A stretch of DNA of 64,000 nt from Patescibacteria group bacterium. GTDB taxonomy: Bacteria; Patescibacteriota; Patescibacteriia; Patescibacteriales; UBA12465. The translations under genes were made by a program, and so were the position numbers. Of this stretch, positions 43,680 to 53,160 are shown in pieces. The DNA lies in assembly GCA_041661685.1 (NCBI GenBank), contig JBAZTY010000001.1, positions 256,691 to 320,690 of the forward strand. Reading direction: 5' to 3'. Each line of letters opens with the position of its first letter. Positions within the stretch are counted from its first letter, which is position 1. The notes beneath the pieces were generated by a model. It was not told where the DNA came from. It saw only the letters and a program-made list of their open reading frames with translations, and ran no database searches.

Positions 43680-44808
43680 ACAAGAACCACTCATTTTAGC
43701 GATCGACACTAGCTGCGATGATACTTCCGCGGCCGTCTTAAGAGGCCGCTGCATCTTGTCGAGCGTCATCTCTTCACAAGTGGAGCTGCACAAAAAATGG
43801 GGCGGCGTCGTCCCCGATATCGCTAGACGAGCGCATAAAGAGAACATCGGAAAAGTTTATCAGGAGGCCTTGAAGAGAGCCCGAGTCAAGGAAGAAGAGC
43901 TTGAGTTCATCGCGGTCACTTACGGACCCGGCTTAGCTATCGCCCTGGAAATCGGCATCGATTTTGCCAAAAACCTGGCTTATACCCAGAAAAAAAAGCT
44001 AGTTCCGATCAATCATATGGAGGGACATATGCTGGCTTCATTCATTTTGAATCAGAAAGCTCAGGGACCGATCGGACAGAATGAAGAAAAAGATGTCTTC
44101 CCTGCCTTAGCGCTCTTGATGTCCGGAAATCATACCGAAATAATATACGCCGAAGGATTGAATAAATATGAGATCATCGGAGAAACCTTGGACGATGCGG
44201 CCGGTGAAGCTTTCGATAAAGTCGCCAGAATGATGGATATCGGCTATCCCGGCGGTCCGATCTTGACCTTACTGGCCGATAAGGCGAGCGATCAGTGGTC
44301 AGATGCTCTCTTAGGATTTAATGAAAGAAACGATAAAAAACCTCTGTCGGAAATCGCCGGCCGATTCGGTCTGCCTATCCCGATGATGCGCTCCGGAGAC
44401 CTGAATTTCAGCTTTTCTGGATTGAAGACTGCCTGTTTATACAAGATAAAAGATTTGCGCGCCAGATACGCGAAAGATACTGATTGGTCCTATGATTTTT
44501 CGCGCGAATTTATCAACGCTGTCTCCAAATCATTGTCCTTCAAGCTGAATAAAGCCATGAAGCTTCATCCAAAAATAAAATCCGTCATTATTGGCGGAGG
44601 CGTTAGCAATAACAAATATATCGTTCGCGAAATCGGCGCTCTCGTCAGGAAACAGGCAAAGAAATATTTCATTCCCGCAGCTAGATTCCGCAGCGATAAC
44701 GCTGGCATGATCGGCATCGCCGCTTATTATAATATCAAGAATAAGAAATATTGGATCGAGGGCGAAGAGATATTAAAACTAGACCGGAAGCCGATGCTCA
44801 AGCTCTAA
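43672..44808 (+). CDS. tsaD: tRNA N6-adenosine threonylcarbamoyltransferase TsaD
   Basis: The start at 43672 (MNKQEPLILAIDTSCDDTSAAVL) overlaps the upstream stop (ATGAATAA). Metal site INHMEGH. Also GGGVSNN. Confidence 0.9.
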   Translation: MNKQEPLILAIDTSCDDTSAAVLRGRCILSSVISSQVELHKKWGGVVPDIARRAHKENIGKVYQEALKRARVKEEELEFIAVTYGPGLAIALEIGIDFAKNLAYTQKKKLVPINHMEGHMLASFILNQKAQGPIGQNEEKDVFPALALLMSGNHTEIIYAEGLNKYEIIGETLDDAAGEAFDKVARMMDIGYPGGPILTLLADKASDQWSDALLGFNERNDKKPLSEIAGRFGLPIPMMRSGDLNFSFSGLKTACLYKIKDLRARYAKDTDWSYDFSREFINAVSKSLSFKLNKAMKLHPKIKSVIIGGGVSNNKYIVREIGALVRKQAKKYFIPAARFRSDNAGMIGIAAYYNIKNKKYWIEGEEILKLDRKPMLKL

Positions 44809-44820
44809 AACTTTTCGGTT

Positions 44821-45240
44821 CTAAGACTTCTCTAATTTAAATTTAGCTAAGGTTTCTAGCGCTTTTTCTCGTGTCAGCCTTCTCTTCTCATCTCTCTGTA
44901 ATGCGCCAATATTTTCCAACGCCTTTTCCCAATCATTTCCGTCTTTCTTATTAGGAACCAGATGATAATGGGCATGAGGCACTAATCGGCCGAAAGAGGC
45001 CGAATCTATAAATTCGTAGCCCAGGCTGCGATAATGATTAGCGACTTTCACCGCGAATTCATAAAATTCGCCGACATTTTCGATATCCCAAATAAAACGA
45101 AAATGCTTTTTCGGTATCACAATCGTATGGCCGTCAGTGAATTGAGCGATATCGAGAAAAGCTAAATATTTATCATCTTCGTAGATCTTGTACGAAGGTA
45201 TCTCGCCGCGTACGATCTTGCAAAAGAGACAATCGTCCAT
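44821..45240 (-). CDS. HIT family protein
   Basis: CLFCKI and the histidine triad HAHYHLVP. Confidence 0.9.
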   Translation of the reverse strand: MDDCLFCKIVRGEIPSYKIYEDDKYLAFLDIAQFTDGHTIVIPKKHFRFIWDIENVGEFYEFAVKVANHYRSLGYEFIDSASFGRLVPHAHYHLVPNKKDGNDWEKALENIGALQRDEKRRLTREKALETLAKFKLEKS

Positions 45241-45259
45241 ATTTTTATATGATTGATAA

Positions 45260-45793
45260 TTAGATAATTGCCTTCAAAGCCTTCAGGGCCTCCGGCAATA
45301 TCGGCAGGATGATGTTTACTACTTTCAATAATAGCGGCGAAACGACGGAATCAGTCAGCTGGGCGCCGAAAAAATTAGTGACAAGCGTATAGCGGGAAAT
45401 GACGTAGATTATCAGCCCGACGGATAAGGCTCCTTCTAATAAACCGAGAGCCGCGCCTAAAAGATTATTGATATACTTGCTTCCCGGAATGACAGCGATG
45501 AAATTAAAAATCTTCTCGATAATTAAGAACAAAAGCGCGGTTAAGCGCGTCACGAGCGCGAACAGGATAATGAAAGCCAAAATCTTGGCAAAATTTTCAT
45601 GACTCGAAGCCCAGTTCGCGAGCCAATGCCATTTCAGCGCCAAGGCATAAAAATTCAGATAAAAGTGACTGGAGATATAAGCGCCGACGATTAGCCCGGC
45701 GATATTACCTAAGAGCTTGATTAGCCCCTTGAATAAGCCGTTGACCATAAACAGGCCGACGATGATAATGAGGACGATGTCAAAAGTTGACAT
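45260..45793 (-). CDS. CvpA family membrane protein
   Basis: 177 aa with four TM helices. N-terminus DIVLIIIVGLFMVNGLFKGLIK is typical of CvpA. Confidence 0.7.
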   Translation of the reverse strand: MSTFDIVLIIIVGLFMVNGLFKGLIKLLGNIAGLIVGAYISSHFYLNFYALALKWHWLANWASSHENFAKILAFIILFALVTRLTALLFLIIEKIFNFIAVIPGSKYINNLLGAALGLLEGALSVGLIIYVISRYTLVTNFFGAQLTDSVVSPLLLKVVNIILPILPEALKALKAII

Positions 45794-45805
45794 AAAATTA
45801 AATAT

Positions 45806-47248
45806 TTAAATTCTTGGAAAAAGAATCTCTCCCTTCTTAACTTGTGCTGCGGAAAATTGTTCTTTAATCTTCTGAGCGGCCGCCGGAATAAACGGTTCCA
45901 GTAAATAGGCGCAATTAAGAATAGCAACGGCGAGCGGCTTAAGAACCGCTTCTATTTCCTTTTTATCCGTCATTTTCCAAGGCGCAGTGCGGCTGATAGC
46001 TTCATTGCAATCTTTCAGTTTACTCCAAATCGCCTGAATAGCTTCATTAAAACGATATTCCGTCATGCTAGCTTCAAATTCTTGGACGGTCTCCTTAATA
46101 TCCGAGCTTTGTAAATCAACGTGTAAATTAGTCTTAATCTCATTCTTCTCTAATAAATTAGAAACGCGCGCGGCTAAGTTCCCTAGGCCGTTCGCCAGGT
46201 CGGCGTTATAACGTTCCCGGAATTTCTCTTCCGAATAATCTCCGTCTTCAAACGGAGGGATCTCTGCCAAGAGATAATAGCGAACCGCATCCGCGCCGTA
46301 TTTATCAGCTAATTCAAAAGGATCAACCGTGTTGCCCAAACTCTTGCTGATCTTCTGGCCGTTCACCGTCAAAAAACCGAAAACCAAGACTTGAGAAGAA
46401 TTAGGCAGGCCGGCTGACAATAGCATCGCCTGCCACATGGCCGATTGCGGACGAAGGTTATCTTTACCGCAGACCTGTAAACCCGGCCAATACGTCTTGA
46501 AATTTCCGGATTCATCGGGCCAACCGAGCGTCGAAATATAATTTACTAAAGCATCGAACCAGACATACATGACCTGTGTATCATCGCCGGGGACGGCAAT
46601 GCCGTGCGGCATCTTTTCCTTCACGCGCGAGATGCTGAAATCCTGCAAGCCGCCTTCAACAAAAGTCTTGATCTCCTTCAAGCGGCTGGAGGGTAGGACG
46701 AACTCAGGGTTAGCTTCATATAATTTCAAGAGCGGCTCCTGATATTTAGAGAAACGGAAAAAATAATTCTCTTCATCGATGATTTCTAAATCTCTATTCG
46801 GATGCAGCGGACAACGACCGTTAACTAGCTCAGAATCCGTCTTTTCCAGTTCGCAACCGACGCAATATTTTATCTTGTAAGTTTTCTTATAGATATCACC
46901 CTGCTCATCGCATTTTTTCCAAAACGCTTGCGCGGCCGCCTCATGATCAGCGTCAGTCGTGCGAATAAACTTATCGTAAGTCAGATTTAATTTTTCCTTC
47001 AAAGGGCGGAACTTCGCCGAATATTCATCGCAATAAGCCTGCAAGTCCATACCCAGTTCCTGTGCTTTCTGATAAATCTTCAGGCCGTGCTCGTCAGTCC
47101 CGGTATTAAAAAAGACTTCTTTTCCGCGCTGGCGCTCATAGCGGGCGATGACATCGGCTTTGATTATTTCCGCCGCAAAACCGATATGCGGCTCGGAATT
47201 GATATAAGGCAAAGTGGTGGTGATGTAAAAATGTTTAGGGTCGGACAT
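45806..47248 (-). CDS. metG: methionine--tRNA ligase (short form)
   Basis: HIGH-type motif PYINSEPHIGF, Zn knuckle CVGCELEK...RCPLH, and KMSKS-type motif KISKSLGN. Confidence 0.95.
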   Translation of the reverse strand: MSDPKHFYITTTLPYINSEPHIGFAAEIIKADVIARYERQRGKEVFFNTGTDEHGLKIYQKAQELGMDLQAYCDEYSAKFRPLKEKLNLTYDKFIRTTDADHEAAAQAFWKKCDEQGDIYKKTYKIKYCVGCELEKTDSELVNGRCPLHPNRDLEIIDEENYFFRFSKYQEPLLKLYEANPEFVLPSSRLKEIKTFVEGGLQDFSISRVKEKMPHGIAVPGDDTQVMYVWFDALVNYISTLGWPDESGNFKTYWPGLQVCGKDNLRPQSAMWQAMLLSAGLPNSSQVLVFGFLTVNGQKISKSLGNTVDPFELADKYGADAVRYYLLAEIPPFEDGDYSEEKFRERYNADLANGLGNLAARVSNLLEKNEIKTNLHVDLQSSDIKETVQEFEASMTEYRFNEAIQAIWSKLKDCNEAISRTAPWKMTDKKEIEAVLKPLAVAILNCAYLLEPFIPAAAQKIKEQFSAAQVKKGEILFPRI

Positions 47249-47249
47249 A

Positions 47250-47978
47250 TTAAGATAGTTCTTTATTGCTTGTATTATTTTTATCTTCTTTCTTATTGAT
47301 CAGCACGACGAATTCCCCTTTCAAGCTATTCGGATCGGACTGCAGCTCCGCCAAAACTTTTTCCGGAGAGCCGCTATAGAAGCTCTCAAACATCTTAGTC
47401 AATTCTCTAGCGACCCTCACTTCTATCGGGGCCTGCAACTCCCTACTCATCTTTATCAATTCTTCCAAGAGTTTTAGGATCCGATGCTTGGACTCATAAG
47501 TGACGGCCGGATATTCGCTTCTGAAGATCTGCTTCAACATCGTCTGTCTCCCCTTCTTATGTGGCAAAAAACCTAAGAATAAAAAACGGTCAAAACCGAC
47601 GCCCGAAATAGAAATGGCGGTAGCGAGCGCGGAAACTCCGGGAACGCTTTCAATCTTGACCGCGTCTCCGAATTCTTCTCGCACCGCGGACACGAGTTTC
47701 GAGCCCGGATCAGATATGCCCGGTGTGCCGGCATCGGTCACAAGCGCCAAATTCTTCCCCTCTCTTAACAAGGCGATAATCTTATCGGTCTTCAGATCGC
47801 CGGAATGCTGATGATAAGAAATCGTCGACGTAGTTATATTATAATGATCCAATAATCTCTTAGTGACGCGCGTATCCTCGCACAAAACGAAATCAGACTC
47901 CTTCAGCGTCCGTTCGGCGCGATGAGTCAGATCCTCAAGATTTCCTATCGGGGTGGCGACTATCCTCAATATTCCCAT
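47250..47978 (-). CDS. rsmI: 16S rRNA (cytidine1402-2'-O)-methyltransferase RsmI
   Basis: MGILRIVATPIGNLEDLT and TDAGTPGISDPG. The start at 47978 avoids overlapping the upstream gene. The ATG at 48011 is an alternative. Confidence 0.85.
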   Translation of the reverse strand: MGILRIVATPIGNLEDLTHRAERTLKESDFVLCEDTRVTKRLLDHYNITTSTISYHQHSGDLKTDKIIALLREGKNLALVTDAGTPGISDPGSKLVSAVREEFGDAVKIESVPGVSALATAISISGVGFDRFLFLGFLPHKKGRQTMLKQIFRSEYPAVTYESKHRILKLLEELIKMSRELQAPIEVRVARELTKMFESFYSGSPEKVLAELQSDPNSLKGEFVVLINKKEDKNNTSNKELS

Positions 47979-47979
47979 A

Positions 47980-49707
47980 TTAGTCCATGTTATCGCGGCG
48001 TTCCCGGACATACTTAGTCCAGTCTTCCGCTATTTCCACTAAGACCTTGAACGGCGCCTCGATGACGAAATCGAATAAGAAAATAAAGACATTTACCTTA
48101 GCAAATTGGCTGGACAACCAGCGGCCGACTAAGATTATCGGCATATAGAACAGGTCTAACAGGAACGTTAGTAAATTCTCCTTGCGTTCCACTATTATCA
48201 ATTCCTTAACGCCTTTAGTCGTCAGCACGCTGAAGAAACTGACGAAAGCCAAGAAGAACAGGAAGATAATGATGCTGACCCAATTGAAATTTATCTTATT
48301 CAAAGCCCAGATGACGAACCAGACCGAAAAACAGAAAGAAGCGGCGTAGATAAGATGGAAAATGCCATCCTTGAGCCAGCTGCGACGCGCCGGACGGCGG
48401 AGCATAAGCGGCTGCTTCTTCTCGCTGCCCGCGAAAGCGATCTCCTTGATACCGCCGACGATCTTATCAGTGTTATTATCTCTGGGCGTCCGAGTCAAAA
48501 AAACGATGATAAACAAGAGCACGGCCGGAAAAGCGATGTTTATGCCCAGAGAAACTGGATTGATTGGTTCGTTGAAGAATTTTATCGCCGGCACTTCGAT
48601 CAAGACGACGAAGACTGATTTCGTCAAAAAGATATAGATGATGCCTCTTAAGGCCGCCCGCCATAATCTAGCTTTGGCTTTCAAATATTTTTTATTGCAA
48701 ACCTTGCGGATCAGAGAGACAAAGTTCTTTTCACCTTTCTGCAGTTCGTTATAAACTTTAGCCGGGTCGCTGTCGATCGTTTCTGAGAGAATAGAGAAAT
48801 ATAAGGCATAGACCTTGACGATACGATCCAATTGCTTGACGAGCGGATGCGCCAGTTGCGCCTCAATCTTTTCCCGCAAGGAGACGATATGGCTCGCAAT
48901 CTCATTTATCTGGCTATCTTCTTTTTCAGGCAAACTAGCGTCAGAAGAAAGACTAAGCCAGGCGGGATTATAATATTTGAACAAGATAAAACCAAGCATA
49001 TCCGCATCAAATTTCGAGAAAGTGCGGCCGATGCTCAGATATATTTGGATTTCTAAATCATTTTCATAAGGCAAATCCGCCGGCAATCTCAAACTCTTAT
49101 GCAGCACGGAAAAAAGATTATCGACGATAGTAGCCTTAACCAGATTAGGCGCCAGATTCTCTTCAATCTCGCAGGCGGCCATATCCAAGAGCCAATGGAT
49201 GAGCTTGTTCTTCTCCGCAATTAAATCCTTAGCTTTATTGATATCTGTCTTAAGATTCAGGCCGGCGTTTATCTTAGCTACGACATTATCCTTCAGCCGG
49301 ATATATTTTTCTAACAGCCCGGCGATTTCGCCGATTTTCGTTTCCGGAATAGTATTATTGGACAGATAACTGGCACGGATGAGCTCTACTAGAAGATGCT
49401 CGGCAATCTTGGCGCTGTCAGTTTCCAGAACTACGCCTTCGATGATTATCTGGCGGCGCAGGATGCGAGAAATAGCATTCTTGCGAAGCAGATGCTCTTC
49501 TTCATAGTCGACTGCGTTCCTAACTTTTTCATAGAAAAAAGCGACCCGAGATATGAGTGTCGAAACTTTGATCTTCGAAATATTTTCATCTAGCTCCGCT
49601 TTTTTGTTCTTTTCGCTATAAATAACCTGAAAAAGCTTCTTGGCATCATCATTAATCTCCACGGGACGGTCATCTTCGGCGCGTTTGGCTAAATTTGGGC
49701 TAACCAT
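47980..49707 (-). CDS. hypothetical polytopic membrane protein
   Basis: 575 aa. A soluble helical domain of about 370 aa is followed by 4-5 TM helices. No catalytic motif recognised. Confidence 0.7.
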   Translation of the reverse strand: MVSPNLAKRAEDDRPVEINDDAKKLFQVIYSEKNKKAELDENISKIKVSTLISRVAFFYEKVRNAVDYEEEHLLRKNAISRILRRQIIIEGVVLETDSAKIAEHLLVELIRASYLSNNTIPETKIGEIAGLLEKYIRLKDNVVAKINAGLNLKTDINKAKDLIAEKNKLIHWLLDMAACEIEENLAPNLVKATIVDNLFSVLHKSLRLPADLPYENDLEIQIYLSIGRTFSKFDADMLGFILFKYYNPAWLSLSSDASLPEKEDSQINEIASHIVSLREKIEAQLAHPLVKQLDRIVKVYALYFSILSETIDSDPAKVYNELQKGEKNFVSLIRKVCNKKYLKAKARLWRAALRGIIYIFLTKSVFVVLIEVPAIKFFNEPINPVSLGINIAFPAVLLFIIVFLTRTPRDNNTDKIVGGIKEIAFAGSEKKQPLMLRRPARRSWLKDGIFHLIYAASFCFSVWFVIWALNKINFNWVSIIIFLFFLAFVSFFSVLTTKGVKELIIVERKENLLTFLLDLFYMPIILVGRWLSSQFAKVNVFIFLFDFVIEAPFKVLVEIAEDWTKYVRERRDNMD

Positions 49708-49836
49708 AAAAAAATTAAGAATTAATAGTTCTTGATATTATTGTATCTTGTTTGCCTATAAAAAGCAATAAAAAGACCAGTTATGGGCGCTTTATCGGCC
49801 TAATGGCAACTATCCGCAAAACCCCTCGCCGACCCC

Positions 49837-49865
49837 TTGACATAGGCTCGTAGATTTTGTATTAT
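49837..49865 (+). promoter_or_regulatory. sigma70-type promoter for secE-nusG-rplK-rplA
   Basis: TTGACA (49837-49842), 17 nt, TATTAT (49860-49865). Confidence 0.65.
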
Positions 49866-49922
49866 TTCAGTAGATAAATTAGCCTTTCTGGGCCTTTTTT
49901 TAAATAGAGATAATCTAATCTT

Positions 49923-50108
49923 ATGAGCAAATTAACTACCTATTTCAAAGAGTCCGTCGCCGAGCTGAAAAAAGTGACTTGGCCGACAAAAAGAGAAACT
50001 TATAATTATACCCTGCTGGTCATCGGTATCAGCTTGGGTGTAGCGATATTCTTAGGTTTACTGGATTATATCTTCGCTCAAGGCTTCCAGTTCATGATCA
50101 ACAGATAA
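49923..50108 (+). CDS. secE: preprotein translocase subunit SecE
   Basis: 61 aa with VAELKKVTWPTKRET plus a single TM helix. It occupies the canonical position before nusG. Confidence 0.9.
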   Translation: MSKLTTYFKESVAELKKVTWPTKRETYNYTLLVIGISLGVAIFLGLLDYIFAQGFQFMINR

Positions 50109-50142
50109 AATTAAATTTTTATAAAACATTGTTCTTAAATTT

Positions 50143-50688
50143 ATGGCCAAGCAACTTTTAAACCAAGGCCGCCGCTGGTATGTCATCCATACCTATTCCG
50201 GCTACGAAGAAAACGTCGCCCAGAACTTGAAACAGAGAGTCGAATCCCTGGATATGGAAGACAAAATCTTCAACATCCTCATCCCGACCGAGAAGAAGAT
50301 TAAGATCAAGAACGGCAAACGTAAAGTCACGGAAGAAAAGATCTTCCCGGGCTACATCCTCGTCGAGATGGAAGTGACCGATGAATCCTGGTATATCGTC
50401 AGAAATACTCCTAACGTCACTGGTTTTATCGGCACCGGCACTATCCCGACTCCGATCAGCGATACCGAAGTCAAAGCACTGCAGAAGAGAATGGGCGTTG
50501 AAGAGCCTAAATTCCAAATCGATGTCGCCGTCGGTACTCCGGTCAGAATCAACGAAGGCCCATTTAAAAACATGGAAGGTAAGATTACTGCGATTGATGA
50601 AGCCAAGGGCAAAGTCAAGGTTTCCGTCTCCATGTTCGGACGCGAAACGCCAGTCGAGCTCGATTTCCTGCAGATTAAAAAAGTATAA
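50143..50688 (+). CDS. nusG: transcription termination/antitermination factor NusG
   Basis: WYVIHTYSGYEENV (NGN domain) and the C-terminal KOW segment GTPVRINEGPFKNMEGKI. Confidence 0.95.
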   Translation: MAKQLLNQGRRWYVIHTYSGYEENVAQNLKQRVESLDMEDKIFNILIPTEKKIKIKNGKRKVTEEKIFPGYILVEMEVTDESWYIVRNTPNVTGFIGTGTIPTPISDTEVKALQKRMGVEEPKFQIDVAVGTPVRINEGPFKNMEGKITAIDEAKGKVKVSVSMFGRETPVELDFLQIKKV

Positions 50689-50752
50689 CCCCGGACTAAT
50701 CCGGTTATAATATAAAGAGCGGGCTTCTAACGCTCAAAATTAAAATAATAAT

Positions 50753-51175
50753 ATGGCCAAGAAAATAAAAACCAAGATTAAATTACAGATTCCGGGCGCA
50801 GGCGCTAATCCAGCCCCTCCAGTCGGTCCGGCTTTAGGCCAGCACGGCTTGAACATCGCTCAATTCTGTAAAGAATTCAACGATAAGACTAAAGACAAGG
50901 CTGGCGATATCATTCCGGTAGAAATTACCGTCTATGATGATCGCAGCTTTGACTTCATCCTGAAGACTCCTCCGGCTTCCGAGCTCATCAAAAAAGCTGC
51001 CGGCATCAAGAAAGGATCGGGCAAGCCGCTGACTGAAAAAGTCGGCAAGATTTCACAGGCGCAATTGGAAGAGATCGCTAAAATGAAGATGCCTGACCTG
51101 AATGCTAATGATTTAGAAGCAGCGAAGAATATCATCGCCGGCACTGCCCGTCAGATGGGGGTAGAAATTAAATAA
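50753..51175 (+). CDS. rplK: 50S ribosomal protein L11
   Basis: [27 protein letters not shown]. Confidence 0.97.
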   Translation: MAKKIKTKIKLQIPGAGANPAPPVGPALGQHGLNIAQFCKEFNDKTKDKAGDIIPVEITVYDDRSFDFILKTPPASELIKKAAGIKKGSGKPLTEKVGKISQAQLEEIAKMKMPDLNANDLEAAKNIIAGTARQMGVEIK

Positions 51176-51229
51176 TTAATTATAATTGTGGGAGCTTGAT
51201 TCTCAAGCGTCTGACCACGAAATAAAACT

Positions 51230-52015
51230 ATGGCTAAAGCAGAAAAAACAGAGAAAGCGGAAAAAGAAGAAAAAATAGAAAAAAAAGCGGCGGCTCCGAA
51301 AGTTGCTAAGGGCAAAAAAGAAGTCGTCAAAAAAGTTAAGGCCGTCAAGAAGGTGGATCACTCCGCCGTCTATGACCGCTTAAAGACCTATTCTCCCGAA
51401 GAAGCGCTCGAGATCGTCAAGAAAATCAGTAAGACCAAATTCGACGCTGCTGTCGAAGTTCATTTCCGCCTCGGTATCAATACCAAGAAAGGCGATCAGC
51501 AAGTTCGCGGCGCTGTCAGCCTGCCTCACGGCACTGGCAAGACCATCAAAGTCGCAGCCTTCGTCTCTCCGGAGAACGAAAAGGCCGTTAAAGCGGCGGG
51601 CGCTGATTTCGTCGGCGGTGAAGAGCTTATCGCTGAAATCAAGAAAACCGAGAAGACCGATTTCCAAGTCGCTATCGCTGAACCGTCCTTGATGAAAAAT
51701 CTGGCTGTCATCGCCAAGATTTTAGGAACCAGAGGCTTGATGCCTTCTCCGAAGAACGATACCGTCACGACCAATCCGGTTAAGACTGTCGAAGAATTAA
51801 AGAAAGGCAAGATCAGTTTCAAGAATGACGACACCGCCAACGTCCATACTGTTATCGGCAAGGTCAGCTTCGATACTAAGAAATTAGCCGAAAACTACGC
51901 TACCTTATTGGACGTCCTCAAAAAAGCTAAACCAGCTTCATCTAAAGGCAGTTTCATCAAGAATATCAGCTTTTCCTCCTCTATGAGCCAGGGTGTTAAG
52001 GTCAATATTTCCTAA
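51230..52015 (+). CDS. rplA: 50S ribosomal protein L1 with Lys/Glu-rich N-terminal extension
   Basis: The core FDAAVEVHFRLGINTKKGDQQVRGAVSLPHGTGK is canonical L1. About 35 extra N-terminal residues read MAKAEKTEKAEKEEKIEKKAAAPKVAKGKKEVVKKVKAVKK. Confidence 0.95.
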   Translation: MAKAEKTEKAEKEEKIEKKAAAPKVAKGKKEVVKKVKAVKKVDHSAVYDRLKTYSPEEALEIVKKISKTKFDAAVEVHFRLGINTKKGDQQVRGAVSLPHGTGKTIKVAAFVSPENEKAVKAAGADFVGGEELIAEIKKTEKTDFQVAIAEPSLMKNLAVIAKILGTRGLMPSPKNDTVTTNPVKTVEELKKGKISFKNDDTANVHTVIGKVSFDTKKLAENYATLLDVLKKAKPASSKGSFIKNISFSSSMSQGVKVNIS

Positions 52016-52036
52016 TTACTGCACAATTCCCTACTA

Positions 52037-52065
52037 TTGACTACCCTCTAAAAACAGGCTATACT
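52037..52065 (+). promoter_or_regulatory. promoter-like element between rplA and a terminator
   Basis: TTGACT (52037-52042), 17 nt, TATACT (52060-52065). Confidence 0.45.
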
Positions 52066-52090
52066 ATTTACAGGTAAGCAATTTTTAAAG

Positions 52091-52119
52091 AAAAGCGGAC
52101 CAAAATCCGCTTTTTCTTT
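52091..52119 (+). terminator. rho-independent terminator (rplA operon end and/or leader attenuator)
   Basis: AAAAGCGGA-CCAAAA-TCCGCTTTTT. Confidence 0.7.
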
Positions 52120-52167
52120 ACTAAAAGGTCGTCTTACGTTAATAAATTAAGTAAAAAAGCAAACAAG

Positions 52168-52425
52168 ATGAAAAAATTATTTGTCGGCGGCTTGAATTTC
52201 AAGACCACTGATCAGAGCTTAGGCGAGGCTTTCGCCAAGGCTGGCAAGGTTATCTCCGCGGTAGTTATCATGGACAGAATGACCCATCGTTCTAAGGGCT
52301 TCGGCTTCGTAGAGATGGAGAATGATGATGAAGCTGAAAATGCTATCACCATGTACAACAATCAGGAATTAGACGGCCGCAAGGTTGTTGTCAACGAGGC
52401 TCGTCCTCTCGAGAAGAGATTCTAA
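52168..52425 (+). CDS. RRM-type RNA-binding protein
   Basis: RNP-2 KLFVGGL and RNP-1 KGFGFVEM. 85 aa. Confidence 0.9.
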   Translation: MKKLFVGGLNFKTTDQSLGEAFAKAGKVISAVVIMDRMTHRSKGFGFVEMENDDEAENAITMYNNQELDGRKVVVNEARPLEKRF

Positions 52426-52452
52426 TGAATTTTAGATGAACTGATCAAATAC

Positions 52453-52482
52453 AAAAACACCTCTCATTCGGGAGGTGTTTTT
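52453..52482. terminator. bidirectional rho-independent terminator
   Basis: AAAAACACCTCTC-ATTC-GGGAGGTGTTTTT. Confidence 0.9.
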
Positions 52483-52496
52483 GATATAGAAAAATA

Positions 52497-52976
52497 TTAT
52501 TTTTTCGCTTTAACTTTCTGGGTAACAACCATCTTCTCTTTAGTTATCGTTCTTTTGGCGACAACGGGTTTTTTCTTGCCCGCCACCTTTTTAACCGCGC
52601 CTTCATTTTTACTCTCATAATCAGCAATCGCTTTCTGCAAGCCTTGAACAGCCATGACCGAGCAATGGATTTTCTGGTTAGGCAGACCGCCTAATTCATC
52701 AACAACCTGCTTCCAATTATATTTCTTGGCTTGATCAATAGACAAGCCTTTAACTTTCTCGGTCAGAAGCGAGGCGGTCGCGATATTGGACGCACAACCA
52801 AAAGACAGAAACTTCACGTCCTTAATCTTTCCCTTTCCAATCTTCAAAAAAAAGTCCAGTTGATCGCCACAGACCATATTACCGATCTGGGCATAGCCAT
52901 CCGGTTTAGCAATTTTGCCGATATTCTGCGGCTTCAAAAAATGATTAATTGTTTTCTTAGTATAATTAAGAGCCAT
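52497..52976 (-). CDS. NifU/IscU-type Fe-S cluster scaffold with Lys-rich C-terminal tail
   Basis: The ATG at 52976 gives MALNYTKKTINHFLKPQNIG. Cys ligands are in NMVCGD, FGCASN and IHCSV. Tail KKVAGKKKPVVAKRTITKEKMVVTQKVKAKK. The ORF-track start is a TTG at 53039. Confidence 0.85.
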   Translation of the reverse strand: MALNYTKKTINHFLKPQNIGKIAKPDGYAQIGNMVCGDQLDFFLKIGKGKIKDVKFLSFGCASNIATASLLTEKVKGLSIDQAKKYNWKQVVDELGGLPNQKIHCSVMAVQGLQKAIADYESKNEGAVKKVAGKKKPVVAKRTITKEKMVVTQKVKAKK

Positions 52977-53063
52977 ATATTTACGCCATTTATATTTATT
53001 AAAACTTATCTTTATTATTCTATGCTTTAGCCGGCTCAACCAGCCCGCCTTGACATAAGTAAT

Positions 53064-53092
53064 ATTTTATATCAACTTTAGATAAATGTCAA
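53064..53092 (-). promoter_or_regulatory. sigma70-type promoter for the nifU-like gene
   Basis: On the minus strand: TTGACA (complement of 53087-53092), 17 nt, TAAAAT (complement of 53064-53069). Confidence 0.5.
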
Positions 53093-53160
53093 TTGTGGCT
53101 CATGGCATTAAAAAATAAAAAAACCCAAGTCTATTGACGAGGGCTTAATCTTACAACCTT

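Noticed and set aside
50689-50752. Stem-loop CCGGA-CTAA-TCCGG after the nusG stop, considered as a terminator or L11 leader.
   Set aside because: It has only 5 bp and no T-run, and it overlaps a TATAAT-like string. Evidence is insufficient.
51176-51229. GGGAGCTTGATTCTCAAGCGTCTGACC between rplK and rplA, considered as an L1 autoregulatory mimic of the 23S L1 stalk.
   Set aside because: I cannot reproduce the L1-binding consensus reliably from memory, and the segment forms no convincing helix.
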